Position numbers and translations under genes: made by a program. The notes beneath the pieces were generated by a model. That model ran no database searches and was not told where the DNA came from. It was given only the letters and a program-made list of their open reading frames with translations. From assembly GCF_048593235.1 (NCBI RefSeq), contig NC_133619.1:651598558-651662557 (forward strand): DNA of 64,000 nucleotides. The letters run 5' to 3'. This DNA is from Sminthopsis crassicaudata (Eukaryota). Positions 22,301-31,173 of the stretch are shown one piece after another (the stretch's first letter is position 1; each line of letters opens with the position of its first letter).

Positions 22301-25300
22301 ACTTGGAGCCTGGGGCCCCTCGGACTTGGAGCCTGGGGCCCCTCGGACTTGGAGACTGGGGCCCCTCGGACTTGGAGCCTGGGGACCCTCGGAGTTAGAG
22401 ACTCGGGGCCCCTCAGACTTGGAGACTGGGGACCCTCGGACTTGGAGCCTGGGGACCCTCGGACTTGGAGACTGGGGCCCCTCGGACTTGGAGCCTGGGG
22501 ACCCTCGGACTTGGAGCCTGGGGCCCCTCGGACTTGGAGCCTGGGGCCCCTCGGACTTGGAGCCTGGGGCCCCTCGGACTTGGAGCCTGGGGCCCCTCGG
22601 ACTTGGAGACTGGGGCCCCTCGTACTTGGAGACTGGGGCCCCTCGGACTTGGAGACTGGGGCCCCTCGGACTTGGAGCCTGGGGACCCTCGGAGTTAGAG
22701 ACTCGGGGCCCCTCAGACTTGGAGACTGGGGACCCTCGGACTTGGAGCCTGGGGACCCTCGGACTTGGAGACTGGGGCCCCTCGGACTTGGAGACTGGGG
22801 CCCCTCGGACTTGGAGCCTGGGGACCCTCGGAGTTAGAGACTCGGGGCCCCTCAGACTTGGAGACTGGGGACCCTCGGACTTGGAGCCTGGGGACCCTCG
22901 GACTTGGAGACTGGGGCCCCTCGGACTTGGAGACTGGGGCCCCTCGGACTTGGAGACTGGGGCCCCTCGGACTTGGAGCCTGGGGACCCTCGGAGTTAGA
23001 GACTCGGGGCCCCTCAGACTTGGAGACTGGGGACCCTCGGACTTGGAGCCTGGGGACCCTCGGACTTGGAGACTGGGGCCCCTCGGACTTGGAGACTGGG
23101 GCCCCTCGGACTTGGAGCCTGGGGACCCTCGGAGTTAGAGACTGGGGACCCTCGGAGTTAGAGACTCGGGGCCCCTCAGACTTGGAGACTGGGGACCCTC
23201 GGACTTGGAGCCTGGGGACCCTCGGACTTGGAGACTGGGGCCCCTCGGACTTGGAGACTGGGGCCCCTCGGACTTGGAGCCTGGGGACCCTCGGAGTTAG
23301 AGACTGGGGACCCTCGGAGTTAGAGACTCGGGGCCCCTCAGACTTGGAGACTGGGGACCCTCGGACTTGGAGCCTGGGGACCCTCGGAGTTAGAGACTGG
23401 GGACCCTCGGACTTGGAGACTGGGGACCCTCGGACTTGGAGCCTGGGGACCCTCGGAGTTAGAGACTGGGGACCCTCGGACTTGGAGACTGGGGACCCTC
23501 GGACTTGGAGCCTGGGGACCCTCGGAGTTAGAGACTGGGGACCCTCGGACTTGGAGACTGGGGCCCCTCGGACTTGGAGCCTGGGGACCCTCGGACTTGG
23601 AGCCTGGGGACCCTCGGACTTGGAGCCTGGGGACCCTCGGAGTTAGAGACTCGGGGCCCCTCAGACTTGGAGACTGGGGCCCCTCGGACTTGGAGACTGG
23701 GGCCCCTCGGACTTGGAGACTGGGGCCCCTCGGACTTGGAGCCTGGGGACCCTCGGAGTTAGAGACTCGGGGCCCCTCAGACTTGGAGACTGGGGACCCT
23801 CGGACTTGGAGCCTGGGGACCCTCGGACTTGGAGACTGGGGCCCCTCGGACTTGGAGCCTGGGGACCCTCGGACTTGGAGCCTGGGGCCCCTCGGACTTG
23901 GAGCCTGGGGCCCCTCGGACTTGGAGCCTGGGGCCCCTCGGACTTGGAGCCTGGGGCCCCTCGGACTTGGAGACTGGGGCCCCTCGTACTTGGAGACTGG
24001 GGCCCCTCGGACTTGGAGACTGGGGCCCCTCGGACTTGGAGCCTGGGGACCCTCGGAGTTAGAGACTCGGGGCCCCTCAGACTTGGAGACTGGGGACCCT
24101 CGGACTTGGAGCCTGGGGACCCTCGGACTTGGAGACTGGGGCCCCTCGGACTTGGAGACTGGGGCCCCTCGGACTTGGAGCCTGGGGACCCTCGGAGTTA
24201 GAGACTCGGGGCCCCTCAGACTTGGAGACTGGGGACCCTCGGACTTGGAGCCTGGGGACCCTCGGACTTGGAGACTGGGGCCCCTCGGACTTGGAGACTG
24301 GGGCCCCTCGGACTTGGAGACTGGGGCCCCTCGGACTTGGAGCCTGGGGACCCTCGGAGTTAGAGACTCGGGGCCCCTCAGACTTGGAGACTGGGGACCC
24401 TCGGACTTGGAGCCTGGGGACCCTCGGACTTGGAGACTGGGGCCCCTCGGACTTGGAGACTGGGGCCCCTCGGACTTGGAGCCTGGGGACCCTCGGAGTT
24501 AGAGACTGGGGACCCTCGGAGTTAGAGACTCGGGGCCCCTCAGACTTGGAGACTGGGGACCCTCGGACTTGGAGCCTGGGGACCCTCGGAGTTAGAGACT
24601 GGGGACCCTCGGACTTGGAGACTGGGGACCCTCGGACTTGGAGCCTGGGGACCCTCGGAGTTAGAGACTGGGGACCCTCGGACTTGGAGACTGGGGACCC
24701 TCGGACTTGGAGCCTGGGGACCCTCGGAGTTAGAGACTGGGGACCCTCGGACTTGGAGACTGGGGCCCCTCGGACTTGGAGCCTGGGGACCCTCGGACTT
24801 GGAGCCTGGGGACCCTCGGACTTGGAGCCTGGGGACCCTCGGAGTTAGAGACTCGGGGCCCCTCAGACTTGGAGACTGGGGCCCCTCGGACTTGGAGACT
24901 GGGGACCCTCATATTGGAAACGCGGGTCCAGAGGCAGCTGCAGGGGCAGCAGCCCCTCAAGCACGGGGCGCCCACAATCCCGGGGCCCGGCGCTCCCTGC
25001 CCGGAGAGCCACAGGTGGGGGCTCGGGATTCCGGGCCAGCCTTACCCGGGGCTGCTGAGATCCGCCACGAAGGTTGTACAGATCTTCTTCTTGAAGATTC
25101 GTGGGATCCACCTCTGGGGACGGGGTGCGGACACCGGCTGAGCCCCGGACGCTCGGGCAACCTGCTCCCCGGAGACCCCTGGCTTCCTGGGGAGCCCCTC
25201 CCCCAACCTCCATCAGCCGGCAAGGGACTCAGACCATTCCGCGGGACTGGGGGCCCCGCCCCTCCCCCTCCCAGCTGCCGGCACCCGCGCCCGCCCCGTC

Positions 25301-25518
25301 CCCCCACCCCCACCCCGGCATCCGCGCCCTCGGGGCCCCGGGGGTCCCGCGCCCGCCCCGTCCCCCCGGAACCCCGGCATCCGCGCCGCCAGATCCAGCC
25401 CCTTCCACGAGGACGCGGCGCTGTGGGCCCCTCGCTCCTGCAGAGAGCCAGGCTTAGCGGGCGCCCCGGGCTCCGGCAGGGACCCGACCCGTACCTGCGC
25501 CTTCCCGGGCCCCGCCAT
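10378..25518 (-). CDS. TRPM4: Transient receptor potential cation channel subfamily M member 4, 25 exons, 1225 aa
   Basis: Exons (-): 25518-25495, 25113-25046, 22245-22071, 21966-21786, 21449-21286, 20805-20622, 20545-20484, 20348-20148, 19417-19318, 19024-18912, 18595-18215, 18129-18010, 17937-17808, 17573-17428, 14413-14301, 14156-14079, 13995-13555, 12835-12703, 12611-12437, 12360-12183, 11465-11269, 11026-10891, 10795-10723, 10602-10503, 10382-10378. All GT-AG; total 3678 nt, in frame. Peptides [35 protein letters not shown], pore [11 protein letters not shown]6 NLLIAMFS and the TRP box match TRPM4. Confidence 0.97.
11062..11210. repeat. 45-bp minisatellite in TRPM4 intron 21 (about 3.3 copies)
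   Basis: gcccctgcccccctgcagacccccccacaggagcccc starts at 11062, 11107 and 11152. Confidence 0.9.
12931..13400. repeat. G-rich minisatellite (about 33 bp) in TRPM4 intron 17
   Basis: Repeats of gggggcagcgaggggggcagggccc(c/t)(a/t)aggga with multiple G-runs (G4-forming potential). Confidence 0.95.
14613..15121. repeat. 19-20-bp minisatellite in TRPM4 intron 14 (about 26 copies)
   Basis: Repeats of ccccc(c)atggcctcccgg. Confidence 0.97.
19669..20153. repeat. 22-bp minisatellite in TRPM4 intron 8 (about 22 copies) abutting the exon 8 donor
   Basis: Unit ccctcagccctcctccctg(a/c)gc; the last copy overlaps the exon 8 splice donor. Confidence 0.97.
20850..21240. repeat. 41-bp minisatellite in TRPM4 intron 5 (about 9 copies)
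   Basis: gcagagcggcccctcccccaggacccaggg... recurs at about 20900, 20941, 20982, 21023, 21064, 21105, 21146 and 21187. Confidence 0.97.
22276..24905. repeat. 22-bp minisatellite in TRPM4 intron 2 (about 120 copies, 2.6 kb)
   Basis: Unit ggacttggag(c/a)ctgggg(c/a)ccctc plus a variant ggagttagagactcggggcccctc; source of the LEPGDPRTW / ETGAPRTW pseudo-ORFs. Confidence 0.98.
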
Positions 25519-25654
25519 GTCTCCTGGCCGTCTCCGCGCCGGCCTCGGGCCTCACCCTCCGCCGCCCTGCCCCGCCGGCCCAGAACCGGCTCCGTCACAT
25601 CCAGCCCTCGCCAGCCTGCCTCCTCCGGACCTCCCCCGGGGGCGGGGACGGGGC

Positions 25655-27095
25655 GCGGCGTGGAGAACTCTGCCCCCAGGAGGAAGAGCTGCACATTGTG
25701 CCTGACGGATCGCGGGAGCGCTGCACGATGGGAGGGGGGGGCGCTGCGGGAGGTGGCCCGGGGAGGGAGGGGGCGCTGAGGGAGGTGGCCCGGGGAGGGA
25801 GGGAGGGAGGACGGCAGGAGGTGGCCCGGGGAGAGAGGGGGGCGCTGCGGGAGGTGACCCGGGGAGGGAGGGAGGGAGGACGGCAGGAGGTGGCCCGGGG
25901 AGAGAGGGGGCGCTGCGGGAGGTGACCCGGGGAGGGAGGGAGGGAGGACGGCTGGAGGTGGCCCGGGGAGGGAGGGGGCGCTGCGGGAGGTGACCCGGGG
26001 AGGGAGGGAAGGAGGACGGCTGGAGGTGGCCCGGGGAGGGAGGGGGCGCTGCGGGAGGTGGCCCGAGGAGAGAGGGGGCGCGGCACGAGGTGGCACCGGG
26101 AGGGAGGGAGGGGGCGCGGCGTGGAGAACTCTGCCCCCAGGAGGAAGAGCTGCACATCGTGCCTGACGGAGCGCGGGAGCGCTGCACGATGGGAGGGGGG
26201 GCGCTGCGGGAGGTGGCCCGGGGAGGGAGGGGGCGCTGCGGGAGGTGGCCCGGGGAGGGAGGGGGCGCGGCACGAGGTGGCACCGGGAGGGAGGGAGGGG
26301 GCGCGGCGTGGAGAACTCTGCCCCCAGGAGGAAGAGCTGCACATCGTGCCTGACGGAGCGCGGGAGCGCTGCACGATGGGAGGGGGGGCGCTGCGGGAGG
26401 TGGCCCGGGGAGGGAGGGGGCGCTGAGGGAGGTGGCCCGGGGAGGGAGGGAGGGAGGACGGCAGGAGGTGGCCCGGGGAGAGAGGGGGCGCTGCGGGAGG
26501 TGACCCGGGGAGGGAGGGAGGGAGGACGGCTGGAGGTGGCCCGGGGAGGGAGGGAGGGAGCGGCACGAGGTGGCCCCGGGAGGGAGGGAGGGGGGCGCGG
26601 CGTGGAGAACTCTGCCCCCAGGAGGAAGAGCTGCACATCGTGCCGGGAAGGAGCGCGGGAGCGCTGCACGATGGGAGGGGGGGGGCGCTGCCGGAGGTGG
26701 CCTGGGGAGGGAGGGAGGGAGGACGGCAGGAGGTGGCCCGAAGAGAGAGGGGGCGCTGCGGGAGGTGGCTCCGGGGAGGGAGGGGGCGCTGCCGGAGGTG
26801 GCCTGGGGGAGGGAGGGAGGGAGGACGGCAGGAGGTGGCCCGAGGAGAGAGGGGGCGCTGCGGGAGGTGGCTCCGGGGAGGGAGGGGGCGCTGCCGGAGG
26901 TGGCCTGGGGAGGGAGGGAGGGAGGACGGTACGAGGTGGCCCCGGGAGGGAGGGAGGGAGCACGGCCCGAGGTGGCCCCGGGAGGGAGGGGGCGCTGCGG
27001 GAGGTGGCCTGGGGAGGGAGGGAGGGAGGACGGCAGGAGGTGGCCCCGGGAGGGAGGGAGCGAGGACGGCAGGAGGTGGCCCCGGGAGGGGCCCA
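25655..27095. repeat. Composite G-rich VNTR immediately upstream of the TRPM4 start codon
   Basis: Short units gggaggtggcccggggagggagggagggaggacggca interleaved with four copies of an about 85-bp module (gtggagaactctgcccccagg... at 25660, 26121, 26308, 26602). Confidence 0.95.
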
Positions 27096-28024
27096 CGTCT
27101 GTGTCCCCGGGAGAGAGGCTGAAATGCCCCAACAAACCACCGGACCCGAGAAATCCGGAAATGGGTAGTTTGGCCCCGGGAGAGAGAGAGACCTCGGAGA
27201 CTCACAGCTGGCTCTGAGGGGGGCGGGGGGGGGGGGGAGGGAGAAGGGCAGGGAGGCACAGGGAGCGGAGGCTGAGGCCGAAGCGGGCGCGGAGATGCGG
27301 AGCAGCGGAGGGAGACAGGGAGGCGGCAGAAAGAAGGCCGCAGCACTCCCAAAGGCTTGTCTCCTTCTGGGCCTCAGTTTCCCCTCTGCTGCAGGGAGAA
27401 CGTTGGGCTCCGGGATGACCACGCCCCGGACTGGCTCTGGGGCATTCAGCCGGAGCCAGTTACCGGAGGAACAGCCTCCCGAAGTGCCCGGCGGGTGCGG
27501 CACCTGCCCCGGCTCCACAGCGGGCTCCTCCCGTGAGGCCTTTCCCCAAGCCATTTGATGGGACCCCAGTATAAAGGCACCAGAAATTCGGCTAAAAAGC
27601 AAACGCTTGCTGGTCCCAAAGCAGAGAATGCCTTTTCACAGTTGGACCCCCACCACTTGCACTGTTCATTCCGCCCGCTGGCGTCCCATGAGACCCGGCC
27701 TCCATTTTGACTTGGAGAATTAAATCCCGGAAGAGCCGCGGCCTCTCACTGTTACCCACTTGGTCCCCCCCACGTTCAGCTCCCCGAGCCCTGGGCCGAG
27801 CCAGGGTTCTAGAGGCTCTTTGCCTGGGAGGCAAAGGCTGGAGAAGGACCAGGCCCGGGCGGCAGGGCGGGAAATGCCCGGCTGGGGTCTCCCGGCCCAC
27901 GCCCCAGTCCTGGGTACGGACACACAGTTGTCTCAGAAAGTACAGAAGGAGACGCAGAGGCCGCGGGAGGGAACAGCTGAGGCTGTAACCGGAGCCGCTC
28001 ACCTGCCCCGGCCTTGCTCTGCGG

Positions 28025-28300
28025 GTATTTTTAACCCATGCCCACTGAGGGCTCCTGGCTGGAGCGGACAGGGGCCAGGGTGTCTCGGCCTCATCTCCAC
28101 CCCCAGCTTGGGCCCCGGCCTGGGCGTGACCCGGGCCACCAGCCTGGGCGGGATGTCCCCCTTGTGCCAGAGTCGCCCCCTGCCTGACCCCCAGGGGGGC
28201 CGGGCCTGAGGCCCAGGCAGGGAATAGGCGAGGAGGGGAGGGGAGGGCAGGCGGCCCGAGGCCAGGCCCAGAATAGACGCGGCGTCCGAGGTAAAATTAG
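28025..28300 (+). promoter_or_regulatory. HRC: HRC upstream region with two near-consensus MEF2 sites, E-boxes and CCAAT
   Basis: GTATTTTTAA (28025-28034) and GTAAAATTAG (28291-28300) each match YTA(A/T)4TAR at 9/10 positions; CCAAT at 28302; CAGCTG/CACCTG E-boxes at about 27974 and 28000. HRC is a known MEF2-dependent striated-muscle gene. Confidence 0.5.
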
Positions 28301-28473
28301 CCCAATGAGAGGGTGGGGGCTGAGACTAGCCCACTGAGGCCGAGCTCAGAGGGCATCAGGACCTGGAGGAGATAGCCCCGGGAAGGCAGTGGCCACTGGT
28401 CACCGAGCCCCGGGCACAGGAGGGTCTCGGGGAGAGAGCAGCCCCACGGAGAGCGGGAGCCCGGCTGACCCTC

Positions 28474-31110
28474 ATGGCGCCCCTTCGGCCAGGTCTCCGA
28501 TGCGTCCTCTTCCTCCTCCTGCTGTCCACCTCCCGGACCCCCGCCGGCCTCTCCAGAGCCCTGGCCCTGAACCCCCCGGGAGGGCCTGAGCATGGAAGCC
28601 AGCCCCACCACGTGGTCCCCCCCGCCCAAGGACCACAGGGAGGACGAGGACACCTCGGCAGAGTCTGGCCTCTGGGGGGCCCAGCGAGAGCAGGCTGAGC
28701 ACAGCCACCCTAAGGACAAGCCCGGGGAGCACGGGCACTGGGGCGGAGAAGAGGAAGAGGAAGATGCTTCCTATGAGCAGAGGCAGAGCCATGAGGATGA
28801 TTGGAGCACCTCAGAGGAGCGGGGAGCCCGGGCCCCCGAGGAGGAGGAGGAGGCTGCCTCCACAGAGCTCGGCCACCAGGCTTTTGGGGCTCCAGGGCAT
28901 GAGGAGGAAGAAGGCCGGTCAGCAGAGTGGGGATCCCCAGTGAGCCACAGGGATGACTCGATGCAAGAGGAGCCCCCTAGTCCAGTCTCTGCCAAGTACC
29001 CAGGGGAGGAGGAGGAGGAGGAGGAGGAGGAGGAGGAGGAAGACTCTATCACTGAGCCCAGCCATTGGGGAAGCCCCGGCGGCAGCAGAGGGCCCCAAGG
29101 GCAGGAGGAAGAGGAGGAGGAGGAGGAGGAGGAGGAGGAGGAGGAGGAGGAGGAAGCCGCTCACTGGAGGGGACCCCAGAGTCCAGCAGTGTCAGAAGAG
29201 GAGGCTGGGCCCAGGGACAATGAGGAGGAGCCCACAAGAGGAGACAGCAGCACCTTTGCTGAGCAGGCCCAGGCACTGCCTGGCCCTCAGGAGGGGGAGG
29301 AGGAGGAGGAGCACTGGGGAGGCCTGAGGCTTACAGCCCAAGAGAAGGAGAAGGAGGAGGAGGAAGAGGAGGAAGAACACTGGGGAGGCCTGAGGCTCAC
29401 AGCCCAAGAGAAGGAGGAGGAGGAGGAGGAAGAGGAGGAAGAACACTGGGGAGGCCTGAGGCTCACAGCCCAAGAGAAGGAGGAGGAGGAGGAGGAAGAG
29501 GAGGAAGAACACTGGGGAGGCCTGAGGCTCAGAGCCCAGGAGGAGGAGGAGGAAGGCCCTAAGAGAAGCCAGGAGGAGATTGAGCAGGAGGAAGTCTCCA
29601 CTGTGGAGGAGCCCCTGAGGGCCGAGGTCCCCCCTGAGGACCAAGAAGAGGAAACTGAGGCTGGTGCCCCAGAGGCCAGAGACAGCTGGGAAGAAGCGGG
29701 CAGCAGGGCCCCTGCAGAGGAGAGCCTGGAAGACCACAGCGAGGAGGAAGAGGAGCAGGAGGAGGAGGCCGGAGGCCAGAGTGAGTGATCCAGTGACGGG
29801 GTGGGGGAGAGCGGGAGCGGGAGGGCGGGGCCCATCTGTGCCGTCTTTTCACAGGCCAGAAGGATGGCGAGGAAGAGGAGTACCAGCCAGGCTCCCTGTG
29901 CCACTACTGCGGCTTCTGCAAGGTGCCCGAGGGGGGGAGGGGCGAGGGGCCCCTAGGCGGGCTCCGCTCTCGTGCCCCTCGGCCTCTGACACCCCTCCCT
30001 CTCCTCAGAGATGTACTGAGTGCGAGTCCTGCCGCTGCGACGAGGAAAACATGGGAGAGCACTGCGATCACTGCAAGGTCAGAGGCACCCCCCGCCCCGC
30101 CCCGCCCCCAGGCCGTCCGGCCCCGGGGCTCCTCTCACAGCCCTGTCTGTGTCTATTCCCACCAGCACTGCCAGTTCTGCTATCTCTGCCCTCTGCTCTG
30201 CGAGACCGTCTGTGCCCCTGGTGAGCAAGGGCATTGGGGCTGGGGCTGCCCTGGGGGCGGGGCGGGAGCCTCCTGAAGTCCGAGGGAAGAGCCTCCTGGG
30301 GGTGGGATGGATCCGGAGGCGGGGCCTGGGGGGACTCATAAAGATCCAGGGAGGAGCCTTTTGGGGCGGGGCCAGGCTTCTGAAATCCAAGGGAGGAGCC
30401 TCCTGGGGGCGGGATTGACCCGGAGGCGGAGCCTGGGGAACCTTAAAGATCCAGGGAGGAGCCTCCCTGGGGCGGGGCCTGGGAGTCACCTGAAATCCGA
30501 GGGAGGAGCCCCTGGGGGCGGATTGGTCCGGGGCGGGGCCTAGGGAACCATAAAGACCCAGGGAGGAGCCTTCTGGGGTGGGGGCGGGAGGCCTCCCGAA
30601 ATTCGAGACCGGTGCCTCCTAGGGCGGGGCTGGGGCTTCCTGAAGGCGGGACCAGATGACCTAAAAAAACTGAGGAACTTTCTGGGGACGGAGCCTGGAA
30701 TCTTCCCTATGATCTAGGAAGGAGCTCCCCAGGGGCGTGGCTTCACTGGAGGCGGGGCCAAAAGGGCGGTCTACGGGCGAGTCTGCCCGGGAGGCGGGGC
30801 CAGTAATAGGCTTCTCCAGGAACCTTCTGGGGGCAAGGGCTTTTGGGGGGGGGGAGGGAGGGCAGACAGTCCAGGAGTTTCGTGAGAGGAGCCTTCCTAG
30901 GGTTGGGGCCAGAGGTGTCCAGATGCTCACCCCGCCTGTTGTCCTTAGGAGGCTATGTGGACCACTTCTCATCCAACCTGTTTCAGTAAGTCATAGTGTG
31001 ACTCGGACTGCTTTTGTGGGGGTGGGGGGCGAGCAGGGACGAGGCCTTACCTCCCTCTAATCCTCCGCCACAGGGCTCTGGCCGAGATGGTGGAAACCCC
31101 AGAACCGTGA
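28474..31110 (+). CDS. HRC: Histidine-rich calcium-binding protein (sarcoplasmic reticulum), 6 exons, apparent 1-nt frameshift in exon 1
   Basis: Exons (+): 28474-29780, 29855-29922, 30009-30077, 30166-30220, 30949-30985, 31074-31110. Signal peptide MAPLRPGLRCVLFLLLLS; Glu-rich body; Cys-rich C-terminus YQPGSLCHYCGFCKRCTECESCRCDEENMGEHCDHCKHCQFCYLCPLLCETVCAPGGYVDHFSSNLFQALAEMVETPEP* closely matches HRC. Removing one base between 28571 and 28698 gives 1572 nt / 523 aa. Confidence 0.92.
29006..29550 (+). repeat. HRC: Coding repeats in HRC exon 1: (GAG)n poly-Glu runs and four EEHWGGLRL(T/R)AQE units
   Basis: GAG runs at about 29006-29040 and 29103-29153; cactggggaggcctgaggctcacagcccaagagaaggagg repeated at about 29312, 29378, 29444 and 29510. 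Confidence 0.95.
30270..30650. repeat. About 108-bp degenerate repeat (3-3.5 copies), GC-box rich, HRC intron 4
   Basis: ctgaa(g/a)tcc(g/a)aggga(a/g)gagcc at about 30272, 30380 and 30491 (degenerate at about 30596), each unit with ggggcgggg and (c/t)(a/t)taaaga. Confidence 0.75.
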
Positions 31111-31158
31111 TGAAATTTTGGACAAACAGCAACCCCCACTCCTGGCTCCACCCACATA

Positions 31159-31173
31159 TTTATTTTGAATAAA
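31159..31173. terminator. Back-to-back polyadenylation signals for PPFIA3 (-) and HRC (+)
   Basis: tttatt (31159-31164, AATAAA on -) and aataaa (31168-31173, +) within TTTATTTTGAATAAA. Confidence 0.75.

Noticed and set aside
22276-24905. CRISPR-like array of short repeats
   Set aside because: Units are head to tail with no unique spacers, the context is a eukaryotic intron, and there are no cas genes.
27570-27576. TATAAAG on the + strand as the HRC TATA box
   Set aside because: About 900 nt upstream of the HRC ATG with no supporting leader exon seen; cannot be assigned.
24957-27602. 881-aa minus-strand ORF spanning the TRPM4 start
   Set aside because: Mostly VNTR-derived Pro-rich sequence, and in a different frame from the TRPM4 ATG at 25518.
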